A stretch of DNA of 17,601 nucleotides from a virus (Duplodnaviria > Heunggongvirae > Uroviricota > Caudoviricetes), in IMG/VR virus record IMGVR_UViG_2695420739_000021; one strand, 5' to 3'. Below the pieces are notes generated by a model. It was not told the origin of the DNA, did no database searches, and saw only the letters and a list, made by a program, of their open reading frames with translations. Both the position numbers and the translations under genes were made by a program. Shown one piece after another: positions 6,733 to 15,656 of the stretch. The stretch's first letter is position 1. Each line of letters begins with the position of its first letter.

Positions 6733-6827
6733 TTGCATTGCCCACCAGCCTGATAGCGGCTATCATCCCCGTGCTTATGTTTGGGATCACATACACATAA
6801 GGCGCAGCGGGTTAATTGTTCAGAAAG

Positions 6828-6854
6828 GCGGCTCCATATCGGGGCCGCTTTTTT
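6828..6854 (+). terminator. Intrinsic terminator at convergence of RHH unit and alpA
   Basis: Stem GCGGCTCC / GGGGCCGC (one G-U pair), 5-nt loop, then T6. Confidence 0.55.
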
Positions 6855-6880
6855 CGTGTTTGTCATATCTGTGATACCCG

Positions 6881-7087
6881 TTAAGCAGCCGTTCCGCGTG
6901 CTTCCTCTTCGCGTTCTTTCTGCCAGGACAACACATCATCCTCATACCATCCGCGACGGCGTAAACCAACGCGAAAACCCTGCGGAAATTCTCCGGCGTT
7001 GATCATGCTTTGCAGCGTGCTGTCTGCCTTGATGTGGATAATTTTTTTTACTTCCTGGCGAAAGATAATTTTTCTGATTGCTTCCAT
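6881..7087 (-). CDS. alpA: AlpA-family regulator / excisionase-like protein (68 aa)
   Basis: ...STLQSMINAGEFPQGFRVGLRRRGWYEDDVLSWQ matches the AlpA-family HTH pattern. Confidence 0.75.
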   Translation of the reverse strand: MEAIRKIIFRQEVKKIIHIKADSTLQSMINAGEFPQGFRVGLRRRGWYEDDVLSWQKEREEEARGTAA

Positions 7088-7103
7088 CGTGATTTACCTT
7101 GTG

Positions 7104-7191
7104 AATCCGGTGTATTCCGGTGACAAATACGGTAAATCATCGGATATGGGTAAAAACAGTTCCCACCGTTTTTAAACGGTATACACCGTTT
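7104..7191. promoter_or_regulatory. alpA upstream control region: TCCGGTG repeats and ACCGTTT/AAACGGT inverted repeats
   Basis: ATCCGGTG (7104-7111) and TTCCGGTGA (7114-7122) spaced 10 bp; inverted repeats at 7165-7180 and 7174-7191. The TCCGGTG motif recurs next to the att core. Confidence 0.35.
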
Positions 7192-7220
7192 TTTATATTG
7201 ATGATTTGAAATGGAATTAT

Positions 7221-7243
7221 AAAAAAAGCGGCATTTCTGCCGC
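7221..7243 (-). terminator. Intrinsic terminator of the int / 83-aa unit
   Basis: Minus-strand hairpin GCGGCAGAAATGCCGC followed by U7. Confidence 0.6.
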
Positions 7244-7254
7244 TTCCAGGATTG

Positions 7255-7506
7255 TTACCGCCATTTTTTGGGCCTGCCTCCGATCTTCATAGATGCCGGA
7301 CGTACGACCTTATCAATACTTACCGCCAGATTTCTGGAAGCGCCACGGGATACCAGAAAATCTACTACCTGTTTTTTTGATGGGGCCGTCGTTCTGTCCT
7401 CCGGATCGTAGGTTGACCAAAATTCATGCTGAACCATCAGGGCCAGTTGCAGCCCGTCGCAATTGCATCTGATATTTTTTTGCATCTTAACGGTTTCATG
7501 TTTCAC
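7255..7506 (-). CDS. Hypothetical int-linked small protein (83 aa)
   Basis: ORF downstream of int on the same strand, before the terminator; GTG start at 7506 (alternative ATG at M8); TATAAT motif about 28 nt upstream. Confidence 0.4.
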   Translation of the reverse strand: MKHETVKMQKNIRCNCDGLQLALMVQHEFWSTYDPEDRTTAPSKKQVVDFLVSRGASRNLAVSIDKVVRPASMKIGGRPKKWR

Positions 7507-7583
7507 GGCCTTGTCGTTAAATTTGATGCAATTATACGACGGTTTTACATGGTTTTCGTAGTTTTTACTGGTTTTCTGTACAG

Positions 7584-8825
7584 CTACACGGCTCGGATAC
7601 CCCTTTTACCACTGGCGAGGGTTACGCCCGTCGCCGCAGCCTCGACAAATTCGCCCCACCAGCGCATCAGCACGATGCGTTTTTCTATGTAGTTGCTCCG
7701 GTTGTATGCCCGTCTAACTTCGTTGGTGTCGACGTGGGCAAGTGCCGCCTCTATTACGTCCGGCTCGAATCCTTCCTCGTTCGCTGCTGTGCTGAATATG
7801 GCGCGTAATCCATGAGACACCAGCACGCCAGCGAATCCCATACGCCGCAATGCTGCGTTAGCTGTCTGGCTGTTCATCGGCTGCTGTGGGTCTTTCAGAC
7901 TTGGGAAAACGTAATTGCGGTGGTGGCTGATTGGTTTCATGGCCTCCAGCACCGCCATAGCCTGACCGGAAAGCGGGATAACGTGATCCCTGCGCATCTT
8001 CATGCGTCCGGCAGGTATCGTCCATTGCTTCGCGTCCAGGTTGATTTCATCCCACCGCGTTGATGACGCTTCGGCGGGACGGGTTACGGTCAGTAACTGC
8101 CATTCAATCAGTAATCTGGTCTGCCGTTCTGTTGCCGATACTGATAAAGCCTGCATAAGCTCGGGCAGCTGTTCGGGGCGGATTGTTGGCATATGTTTTT
8201 TTACAGGTGAGGGAAACGCCTTACGCACATTCATAGCCGGATTGGCATCAATCAGCCCACTGTTGGCGGCGTAATCCATTACCTCATTAACGCGCTGTAA
8301 AACCCGCTTGAGTGTTTCCAGGTTGCCGCGCTCCTTGATGGGGGTAAGCACTTCAACGAACCTTCGGGCGGTGAGGGTATCTATTGGCGTGTTGCCGATG
8401 AACGGGAATACATATTTATCCAGCGAACGCCAGATGTCTTTAATCGTGTTGGGGGCCAGATTCTGGCTGATTTTCACCTGGTACCATGCCGCCGCCACAT
8501 TTTCGAACGTGTTCCCTTGTCTTCGGGCCTCTGTCTCTCTTTTTTGCCTCTCGTGGTCCTGCGGGTCAGTTCCGGCACTGATTAACGTCCTGTACTCGCT
8601 ACGGCGTTTTCTGGCATCAGCCAGGGAAACATCTTCAAGCGATCCAAAACTCAGCAATATTCTTTTTTTGTCCGATGGTCGGTAGTAGGAAAATCTCCAG
8701 AGTTTTGATCCAGACGGTTTGACCAGGAGAAAAAGCCCTCCGCCGTCCTGCAGGGTGTACTCCTTTTGCGCTGGTCTGGCTGCTTTGATCTGCACTGTGG
8801 TTAATGGGTGTGTTTTTCTCGCCAT
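7584..8825 (-). CDS. int: Tyrosine integrase, P4-type (413 aa)
   Basis: N-terminus MARKTHPLTTVQIKAARPAQKEYTLQDGGGLFLLVKPSGSKLWRFSYY is typical of P4-like integrases; ATG at 8825 preferred over the upstream GTG. Confidence 0.85.
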   Translation of the reverse strand: MARKTHPLTTVQIKAARPAQKEYTLQDGGGLFLLVKPSGSKLWRFSYYRPSDKKRILLSFGSLEDVSLADARKRRSEYRTLISAGTDPQDHERQKRETEARRQGNTFENVAAAWYQVKISQNLAPNTIKDIWRSLDKYVFPFIGNTPIDTLTARRFVEVLTPIKERGNLETLKRVLQRVNEVMDYAANSGLIDANPAMNVRKAFPSPVKKHMPTIRPEQLPELMQALSVSATERQTRLLIEWQLLTVTRPAEASSTRWDEINLDAKQWTIPAGRMKMRRDHVIPLSGQAMAVLEAMKPISHHRNYVFPSLKDPQQPMNSQTANAALRRMGFAGVLVSHGLRAIFSTAANEEGFEPDVIEAALAHVDTNEVRRAYNRSNYIEKRIVLMRWWGEFVEAAATGVTLASGKRGIRAV

Positions 8826-8857
8826 ATGTCTATGATTCCACACGAAAAAACAGGGTT

Positions 8858-8912
8858 TTAGTTATACGGCTTTAGTTATACGCCAGCCCGTATAACTAAA
8901 CGTATAACTAAA
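8858..8912. repeat. Four copies of CGTATAACTAAA (two inverted, two direct): putative arm-type sites, P arm
   Basis: TTTAGTTATACG at about 8858 and 8871; CGTATAACTAAA at about 8890 and 8901. Same motif as 411-434. Confidence 0.45.
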
Positions 8913-8923
8913 AAATCCGGCTG

Positions 8924-9037
8924 ATAGCTTATAAATCCGGTGATGTTCGGTGACTAAAAAACATAAAAAAACCCGCCAATCAAGTGATTAGCGGGTTATC
9001 CCTGTCTTATCCGGTGCTTTCCGGTGATATCCGGTGG
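8924..9037. repeat. TCCGGTG direct repeats, three phased at 10 bp, next to att core (candidate directionality-factor sites)
   Basis: Copies at about 8924 (variant), 8935, 8946 (variant), 9009, 9019, 9029; the last three are exactly 10 bp apart. Confidence 0.4.
8962..8997 (-). terminator. Intrinsic terminator between the copy-2 capsid operon and int
   Basis: Minus-strand stem AACCCGC / GCGGGTT with 14-nt loop followed by U7. Confidence 0.5.
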
Positions 9038-9119
9038 GCGATTTGGTCGGCACGAGAGTAGTTTAATTGAGTATGTAACTACATGATTTTAAATAGTATG
9101 CTTGATTCAACTTTTAAAC

Positions 9120-9143
9120 CGTATAACTAAACGTATAACTAAA
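9120..9143. repeat. Tandem CGTATAACTAAA x2 (P' arm of junction attP)
   Basis: Copy-2 equivalent of 411-434; with 8858-9037 and the core near 9051 this forms a full attP-like site. Confidence 0.45.
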
Positions 9144-9411
9144 ATCATTTGCTGAAAAAGTGTACAATTTAAATGCGAGTTTTCCTGTGGTAAAAGCTCC
9201 AACCGTAACGATGTTCGTTATGGTTGCCTTGATGGTCTGCGTGGTCATTATGACCATTCAGGATTTGAAGGGTGACGCTTCCGACTTCCTCAAATTGAGG
9301 TTTCCGAAAATATCAGCGGGTTAGCGATTAATCTGACCATTAATTAAACTGCGAAAATTTCGTAATTATCCCGATATGGGGATCACCATATCGGGATTGA
9401 TGCCGGAAAAA

Positions 9412-10338
9412 TCAGCTTTTCGCCAGAACGGTGACGGCCTTATCGAGTTTTTGCCATCCGCAATAGGTGATTGCCCTGAACGCTGTAGCGTCATTCTGGA
9501 AAAGGCTAACCGTCCCTGATTCGGTTTTTATTACCGCCTCATCAGTTGGGGTTATAACCGTGGCTTCAACGTTAATAATCAGCTTTTGAGCGTCTATCAG
9601 CATCATGCGATCCGCCTGTTCGCTCACAATTACCGGTATTCTCAAAAGCTCTATCTGCCAGAACTCAGCATCAGTAAGCTGTAAGGCGTTTTCTACGGGC
9701 AAGATTAGCGACGACGTGGCAAGCGTGTTACCGTTCGCTATGTGCTTTTTGAAAAGCTCTATGAAGTTTTCGGCCTCATCAGCACCATTAAGCACGCCCT
9801 CAGGGGATACGCCCGCCACCTCCTGGTCACTGGAAAGAAATTTTTTATCTATTTCTTTCACCGATTCCGATGTGATCAAGTCTCTGATCGCTGAATTGGT
9901 ACCAGGGGTGCTAAATTTGATTAGCTCGTTATTCAGCATCACAATAGCGCCAAGTTTGCACAGTTTTAGCGCACTTTCGTTTACTTCTCCCTCTTTGACA
10001 GGGATTTCTTCGGCTTCTTTAAGCCATTTACTACCCTTGCCTGATATTGACTGCAATTTTGCGCCAAACGGAAGATTCAGCGCGCTGCTGATTAGCTTGC
10101 CTGGTACAGACTGCGAAAAAATATACTCGCCAAGCTCTCTTACTATCGGCTCTGCCACCAGCGACGGCATATTATCCGTAGTCATTCCGGCAACAATGGA
10201 TTTTTCAAGAAATTTCGATACTGCCGGATCATTTTTTTTCGTCATTTCAATTGCGTCTGCATGGCTGAATTTACACGATGTAAGCACGCTGGCGGCGCGA
10301 ACTGCCGACACGCCTTTCATGTTTTTAGAAATCATCAT
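9412..10338 (-). CDS. HK97-fold major capsid protein-like (copy 2)
   Basis: Identical translation to 703..1629. Confidence 0.5.
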   Translation of the reverse strand: MMISKNMKGVSAVRAASVLTSCKFSHADAIEMTKKNDPAVSKFLEKSIVAGMTTDNMPSLVAEPIVRELGEYIFSQSVPGKLISSALNLPFGAKLQSISGKGSKWLKEAEEIPVKEGEVNESALKLCKLGAIVMLNNELIKFSTPGTNSAIRDLITSESVKEIDKKFLSSDQEVAGVSPEGVLNGADEAENFIELFKKHIANGNTLATSSLILPVENALQLTDAEFWQIELLRIPVIVSEQADRMMLIDAQKLIINVEATVITPTDEAVIKTESGTVSLFQNDATAFRAITYCGWQKLDKAVTVLAKS

Positions 10339-10486
10339 CTTCTTCCTCCTGGTAACATGGGGTTAGGGTTTCGTGAAAATATGGCATCAGAACAGCGGCA
10401 GCCTGTAACCGTATTTCGGTTGGCTGCTGCTTGTCGTTCATGATTTCCGTGAGTACATCAATAGGGTCTGTGATGTATTCGCTCAT
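10325..10486 (-). CDS. Hypothetical small protein with acidic tail (copy 2)
   Basis: Copy of 1616..1777 at +8709. Confidence 0.35.
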   Translation of the reverse strand: MSEYITDPIDVLTEIMNDKQQPTEIRLQAAAVLMPYFHETLTPCYQEEEDDDF

Positions 10487-10497
10487 AGTTCGCTACC

Positions 10498-10986
10498 TCA
10501 GTGTTTTAAGCCAGTTGGTGGCTTAGGGATGGGGAACCGATTTGAGGAGACATTAGCGGCATTGAGTTTTTTAACCTCTTTTTTCCCAATGCTGCCGATC
10601 TTGCGGTGGGTGAACTGGGCCAGCTTAAACGCGGCATCTAAAGCCAGTTTTGGATCTGTGTCCATGTTGTCAATCAGTATCCTGCCCATTGCTTTGATGG
10701 GGTCGGGTAGGCCGTTATCCATCATCTCAATGGTGTTAATTGATGCCCGTTCCGGTGTAACTTTTTCGGTAACTTTCTTTGTAACTTTTTTCGGTTTTGT
10801 AACCTGAAAAGTTACATCAGAAGTTACAGCCTTAAGATACTTTTTCACCTCCGGATCATTGGATAGCTGCCAGCCTTTAACCCTTGCAGTCTTTTCGCTG
10901 TATCCCGCATGTATCGCGGCTTCCGTTGGATTTGTGCCCTTTGATAACGCATCAGCAAACCGCTTTTTTTTGGTCGTTAATGCCAT
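10498..10986 (-). CDS. terS: Terminase small subunit (copy 2)
   Basis: Identical to 1789..2277; ATG confirmed at 10984-10986 (plus-strand CAT). Confidence 0.7.
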   Translation of the reverse strand: MALTTKKKRFADALSKGTNPTEAAIHAGYSEKTARVKGWQLSNDPEVKKYLKAVTSDVTFQVTKPKKVTKKVTEKVTPERASINTIEMMDNGLPDPIKAMGRILIDNMDTDPKLALDAAFKLAQFTHRKIGSIGKKEVKKLNAANVSSNRFPIPKPPTGLKH

Positions 10987-11113
10987 GCAAAAACCTCGTT
11001 TTGAGGGGGTGTAACTTTTCGTGTAACTTTTTTGAAAAGCAAAATTTTCTATGAATGAGACTGGGGGCGGTGTCCAGGGCGATCGACTTTCCGGCCGGAA
11101 CACTCCCCCCCTG

Positions 11114-11275
11114 TCATTGCTCACCGAGTAACGAGATCAGGCCTTCAACTTCATCACTCAGCTTGTTTATTCGTGTCTCAAGCTCTGCGATCTTTTCCAT
11201 CAATGGCGCTATGGTGTCTCTTGTTTCCTCGCCAATGGCTTTAATGATGCTTGCCTCGCGTTCTGTGATAGCCAT
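11114..11275 (-). CDS. Hypothetical coiled-coil protein, 53 aa (copy 2)
   Basis: Copy of 2405..2566. Confidence 0.3.
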   Translation of the reverse strand: MAITEREASIIKAIGEETRDTIAPLMEKIAELETRINKLSDEVEGLISLLGEQ

Positions 11276-11278
11276 TGT

Positions 11279-11473
11279 TTACGCCTCACTTGTTGCAATG
11301 CCCAGGCGTTCGCGTAACAGTACGCGCGCAAGATGCCCTATTGTTGGTGTTGCCGCCCTGCCGTAGATACCTGATTCATTCATCCGGCGCACAATATCGA
11401 ACTGCAACTTTTTAAGCTCGTTAAGGATTTCATGATCAATCATCACGGTAGCGCTTTGCTTTATCTCTTCCAC
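11279..11473 (-). CDS. Hypothetical small protein, 64 aa (copy 2)
   Basis: Identical translation to 2570..2764. Confidence 0.4.
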   Translation of the reverse strand: MEEIKQSATVMIDHEILNELKKLQFDIVRRMNESGIYGRAATPTIGHLARVLLRERLGIATSEA

Positions 11474-11603
11474 TTTGTTTTCTCCTGATACTTATCATTG
11501 CATAACCAGTATTTTCGATAGATTATCATTAATTAACCATATTTGAAGATATATGAGATCGAAAAAAAGCCGGATTGCTCCGGCTATGTGCTCACTTCTT
11601 CGG

Positions 11604-11849
11604 TTATTCTCCAGCGCTTTTAACGTTGATGGTTGTTACCTGTTCCGCTTCGGCAATCTCCCGTTCTGTCAGCGTGGCAAAGTTTGCCGCCGCTGTGGTC
11701 ATGAATGCGCTTATCAGTTCGGGATGCTCCTTCGCGTATCCTTCCCCCGCGTGGCGGTCTATCGTTCTGATTGCCACCTTTAAGGAAAGCTCTGTCATGT
11801 CTAACGCTTTATATTTTGGCGCTGTCTTATCTCTGGTTTTTCTGTTCAT
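11604..11849 (-). CDS. Hypothetical origin-adjacent protein, 81 aa (copy 2)
   Basis: Identical translation to 2895..3140. Confidence 0.35.
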   Translation of the reverse strand: MNRKTRDKTAPKYKALDMTELSLKVAIRTIDRHAGEGYAKEHPELISAFMTTAAANFATLTEREIAEAEQVTTINVKSAGE

Positions 11850-12054
11850 TCCCCACTACTCCCCACTTTTGCTCCCCACTTTTTGAAATTACCCACCGTC
11901 TCCCCACCTCTTTTTTTTGTGATTCTAACGTTATGTTTTTCAATATGTTTTTTACTCCCCACTTTTTTGGGTATATACAGGTGGGAAAGTGGGTAATTAT
12001 GTTTCAATTTTGTTAAATTCCCCACTCCCCCCACTTTTACTCCCCACTTTTTAC
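11850..12054. repeat. Replication origin iterons (copy 2)
   Basis: Same TCCCCACTTTT iteron array as 3141..3345. Confidence 0.6.
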
Positions 12055-13451
12055 AGCGGGCGCACGTCATCACCGTCAATAACGATTACGCCATCATTTT
12101 CCAGCTTGTACAGCCAGCGCCGGAAGTGCTTCATCTCATACCCCAGCTTTTTCATATCGTCGCGGAGAAGGGCGATAGTGCACGCCTCCCCGTGTGCTGT
12201 TCGTGTTCTGATGCACTGCCATAGCGCGGCGTGATTCTCCGTCTTGTTCCCTGCCTCCTCGATGCGCTCCAGTTCAACGGGAGGGCGCGGCTTATCCACC
12301 ACCACCAGCGACGTGATTAACTCCCCGTCAGCGTCGGTAAAAAGCTCCACCACGCGTAAGTCATATGCTGCTTCTTTGAGTTCCTCCGCGTCCTTCATTT
12401 TGGTACATGAGATAACCAGCGCTTCGCTGCCTGCGTCCTCCCTGCGTATCCGGTATTCGGCGTCCAGTGATGCACGAAATGCACTGGAACCACGCGCCCC
12501 CTTTGTTTCATCCTTGCCGGAATGGTGAACCACCAGCACCGTTGCCCCTGTGCGCCGTTTCAGTTCGTCACACCCACGGATAAACGCCCCCATATCACGG
12601 GAATCATTTTCATCATTGCCGCCAAAGCAGCGCGCCAGCGTATCCAGAATAATCATTCGAACCGGTTTACCCGTTTCCCGTTCCACCTGACGGGCAGCGA
12701 TAACCATTTCCTCAACATCAAGCGGGGCAGCCGGAAAGATGGGACGGTTTACCAGATACAGATTTTTCACCTGCTCACCGTGCACAACCTCCCAGGCTTT
12801 TACACGACGCGGAACGCCGATACCGCCTTCACCAACCACATAGAGAACAGCGCCATGCGCCACCCTGCGGCCTCCCCACTGGCGGCCCGTGGAAACGTGA
12901 CACGCCCACGAACCCGCAAGGAACGATTTATATGAACCGCTCGCCCCGTATATGCTGCACAGCGATACCGCCGGAATAATCCCCTTAACCACGTAATCAA
13001 GTTGTGTGTCGTATCCGGCAGATCCCACGCTCATTGGTAGCGTGGTTTTTCGCTGGTGGTGTTTTTCTTCCCCTGGCTTTTTCCCCCGCTCCCGTTCCAG
13101 ATATTCGCGCCAGTTCTCCCGCTTCTGGCTGTGCATCCCTTCGGGGTAATAATTCGCATCAGTTACACCCGCCGCCGCCAGCTTGTGCGCAATGGCATTA
13201 ATATTTGATGGCCTGATGTGGCCTGCCTTGTACAGCCGGACACAATAGCGCCCCTCGTCGATGATTCTCAGGTCTGCCAGTTCATCCAGTTGATCATCAG
13301 CCAGCACAACGGGAGGCACATTATCGCCAGCCAGTCGCCCGTCCTGTTCCTGCCACTGTTTCGCATGTGCCCAGGCATCACTACCCGCAAAAATAATGAC
13401 TTCGGTCATCTTGTCGTAAGGCTGTTTTTTTAAGTTCGGTGCGCTTTTCAT
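12051..13451 (-). CDS. Replication protein, AAA_25/RepA-DnaB-like ATPase with C-terminal winged-helix region (466 aa, intact)
   Basis: Single ORF with Walker A (GASGSYKSF), Walker B (VRMIILDTLARCFGG), VLVVHHSGKDETKGARGSSA motif and basic C-terminal region; ATG at 13451; origin immediately 3'. Confidence 0.75.
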   Translation of the reverse strand: MKSAPNLKKQPYDKMTEVIIFAGSDAWAHAKQWQEQDGRLAGDNVPPVVLADDQLDELADLRIIDEGRYCVRLYKAGHIRPSNINAIAHKLAAAGVTDANYYPEGMHSQKRENWREYLERERGKKPGEEKHHQRKTTLPMSVGSAGYDTQLDYVVKGIIPAVSLCSIYGASGSYKSFLAGSWACHVSTGRQWGGRRVAHGAVLYVVGEGGIGVPRRVKAWEVVHGEQVKNLYLVNRPIFPAAPLDVEEMVIAARQVERETGKPVRMIILDTLARCFGGNDENDSRDMGAFIRGCDELKRRTGATVLVVHHSGKDETKGARGSSAFRASLDAEYRIRREDAGSEALVISCTKMKDAEELKEAAYDLRVVELFTDADGELITSLVVVDKPRPPVELERIEEAGNKTENHAALWQCIRTRTAHGEACTIALLRDDMKKLGYEMKHFRRWLYKLENDGVIVIDGDDVRPL

Positions 13452-13747
13452 TTCTTGCCCCTGAATCCGTTAAACATGGTTTTCAGCTTCTGGATGTTTG
13501 CCCGTGCCCTGGCGTTGCTGGTGGGCACGTTATGCGGCGCGGTCTGTACCAGAGAAAAATCACGCCGGAACTGATAAACAGGCATCACGCAATCATATTC
13601 GTAACCTTCACGGCGGTAAGTTACGCACCGTCCCGCCACGCCCTTAATCATTACCGTGCCGCCGTACTGGTCGCGGTAAATATCACCGCGCGTAAATTTA
13701 GGGTGAGTGTTGCCACTGGCAGTTAAGCCAGAATATTTAAGTTTCAT
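13448..13747 (-). CDS. Hypothetical protein, 99 aa, coupled to rep (copy 2)
   Basis: Copy of 4672..4971 with one substitution (I to F). Confidence 0.4.
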   Translation of the reverse strand: MKLKYSGLTASGNTHPKFTRGDIYRDQYGGTVMIKGVAGRCVTYRREGYEYDCVMPVYQFRRDFSLVQTAPHNVPTSNARARANIQKLKTMFNGFRGKK

Positions 13748-13752
13748 TATTT

Positions 13753-13986
13753 TTATTCTCCGGTGTGCTGTTCGTTATATCTGTCGTGCAATGTCTCTAT
13801 TTCCTGCAACTCATTTATTACAGGCTCAAGAAGCGTTATTAATGCCGTGACAATTCTTGATTTTTGTTTGTCGCGTTCATTGTCGCCAAGTGTTTCAAGC
13901 CATATGCGCAATATTTCGTACATACCTTCAGCGTAAGCAAGGGCACTAAATGCGCGGTCTATTGTTTCGTGGTAAATATCACGCAT
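13753..13986 (-). CDS. Small acidic helical protein, 77 aa (copy 2)
   Basis: Identical translation to 4977..5210. Confidence 0.4.
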   Translation of the reverse strand: MRDIYHETIDRAFSALAYAEGMYEILRIWLETLGDNERDKQKSRIVTALITLLEPVINELQEIETLHDRYNEQHTGE

Positions 13987-13987
13987 A

Positions 13988-14209
13988 TTAATCCCCGTCC
14001 GTTGTTTTTCTTAAAACAGCTTCTGTCACGAAATCAGCATAGTTAGCGGCAATATCAAGAATATTTAGCCCTGTATCTCTGTGCTCATCAGTGCAAAGAA
14101 AGAAAAAAGCCACCCGCATAATTTCAGATATTGACGAAAGCGCATCAGCCGCATCATCAGGAACGCCGGAAAATTCTTGTTTCAGGGAATTAAAACGATC
14201 ATCACGCAT
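13988..14209 (-). CDS. Small acidic protein, 73 aa (copy 2)
   Basis: Copy of 5212..5433. Confidence 0.4.
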   Translation of the reverse strand: MRDDRFNSLKQEFSGVPDDAADALSSISEIMRVAFFFLCTDEHRDTGLNILDIAANYADFVTEAVLRKTTDGD

Positions 14210-14423
14210 AACCCCCCCCATTTTCACAATCAGCAACAAGAATATTTTTAGCGTCATTCAGCGACCGCGTTGCGATGTATCGGATACATTCCAGGGCGAA
14301 CTGTGTCCGGTCTTTCTGTTCTTCTCCCTGCGCAAGCTCTGCAGTGCATTCAATATCGATAAGCGCGTGCATCAGCGTAGTGAGCGCGTCGGCTGCTGCG
14401 TCCGGTGTGGTTTTATTGCACAT
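14202..14423 (-). CDS. Small acidic protein, 73 aa (copy 2)
   Basis: Copy of 5426..5647. Confidence 0.4.
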   Translation of the reverse strand: MCNKTTPDAAADALTTLMHALIDIECTAELAQGEEQKDRTQFALECIRYIATRSLNDAKNILVADCENGGGYA

Positions 14424-14973
14424 GGCACACCTCCTGACGAATACGGGCGGCGAATACAGCAACACAACCGGACGGGCAACGGCTACGCGCTTCGCGTTCC
14501 GTCCAGGCGGTTACGTGGATGATTTGATGTTCTGACGCGCCAAAGATGATAAAGCGCCAGAGAAAGGCGGTTTGAGAATGTACAAGGGTAGGGATAGTAG
14601 CCATGTTGGCAGCCTCCTCAGTGTGGTTAAGATAACCGCCACCGGAAACGCCAATTTCGCTGGTGGCGGACTGTACAGGGTTGGCGTAACCGGACACTGA
14701 AGAAACCGGCGCGGATTGCTCCGCCCCCGTACAGCCCACCATTGATAAGGTGTGACTATGCGGCACAAAAAAACACGCGGGGCGCGTGTTATGCGCTTCA
14801 GTTTTGCCCAGGACGCCAATCCCGGCACCCGTTTTATGAGGTGCGCGGGAATCATAGCTATTTTCGACACTGGCGATCAACTGGTTTTTTTCTCCGATAT
14901 TCAGGGCCAGAAAACGCCACACAAAGGCCGTTTGTGTGTGTACAAGGTGTGGTATATGATTTACGGCAACCAT
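14413..14973 (-). CDS. Icd-like (Ash-family) tandem two-domain protein (copy 2)
   Basis: Copy of 5637..6197; internal start at 14604. Confidence 0.45.
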   Translation of the reverse strand: MVAVNHIPHLVHTQTAFVWRFLALNIGEKNQLIASVENSYDSRAPHKTGAGIGVLGKTEAHNTRPACFFVPHSHTLSMVGCTGAEQSAPVSSVSGYANPVQSATSEIGVSGGGYLNHTEEAANMATIPTLVHSQTAFLWRFIIFGASEHQIIHVTAWTEREARSRCPSGCVAVFAARIRQEVCHVQ

Positions 14974-15061
14974 AACGGCTCCTAGTTTACGTTGTTGGTT
15001 AGACGCCCCGTATGTGTTCCCAGCACTGCGGGGCGTTGATTTTTGTGTAATGGCAAGTACA

Positions 15062-15105
15062 ATGGTAATTACCATGTAGGTATAGTAATGAAGGGTAATT
15101 ACCAT
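15062..15105. promoter_or_regulatory. Paired palindromic operators (copy 2)
   Basis: Copy of 6286..6329. Confidence 0.5.
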
Positions 15106-15277
15106 GTCAACACCATTAGAAAAACGTTCGCCTCCATACCAAATGCGATTACCGGAAGACTTCAGAGCGCAGCTAGAAGAAGCAGCTAAGGCCGATGGCG
15201 ACACATCTTTAGCCACTTGGATTAAACGCGTTCTCCGCAAAGAATTACAGCAACGCGGCATAGAACCCAAAGGATAA
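15104..15277 (+). CDS. Ribbon-helix-helix DNA-binding protein (copy 2)
   Basis: Copy of 6328..6501; ATG confirmed at 15104. Confidence 0.5.
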   Translation: MSTPLEKRSPPYQMRLPEDFRAQLEEAAKADGDTSLATWIKRVLRKELQQRGIEPKG

Positions 15278-15319
15278 AAACTATCAGCGCCGTGGTGTGA
15301 GGTATTACGGCGCATTGCT

Positions 15320-15508
15320 ATGCAGGACAACACAATGACCGATAAAGAATTGACCAAAACATTATCACCGGCACGGAAAAGACGGCGCAGAAAGATAGAG
15401 CATGAATCAGAAAGATTCGCGCCATGTGCTTTTGCCCTTGAGCAATTCCTTAAAGAGTACAGGGAAAAGCGCTCATTGCAGGTATGGCAACGAACTGAAC
15501 CAGACTGA
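15320..15508 (+). CDS. Hypothetical basic small protein, 62 aa (copy 2)
   Basis: Copy of 6544..6732. Confidence 0.25.
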   Translation: MQDNTMTDKELTKTLSPARKRRRRKIEHESERFAPCAFALEQFLKEYREKRSLQVWQRTEPD

Positions 15509-15656
15509 TTGCATTGCCCACCAGCCTGATAGCGGCTATCATCCCCGTGCTTATGTTTGGGATCACATACACATAAGGCGCAGCGGGTTAATTGTTCAGA
15601 AAGGCGGCTCCATATCGGGGCCGCTTTTTTCGTGTTTGTCATATCTGTGATACCCG

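Larger units (their letters stand above)
342..9050 (-). mobile_element. Copy 1 of integrative phage-satellite-like element (PICI / P4-like); rep gene disrupted
   Basis: From 342 onward the sequence repeats at +8709 (e.g. ORF 703..1629 = 9412..10338). Content is int, alpA, Icd-like, rep, iteron origin, terS and capsid-like gene on one strand. Confidence 0.75.

Noticed and set aside
5637-6866. 409-aa minus-strand ORF as a single gene
   Set aside because: Only the 5637-6197 part has credible starts and Icd-like similarity. The upstream part is antisense to the RHH gene and operator region and translates to Cys/Arg/Ser-rich low-complexity sequence.
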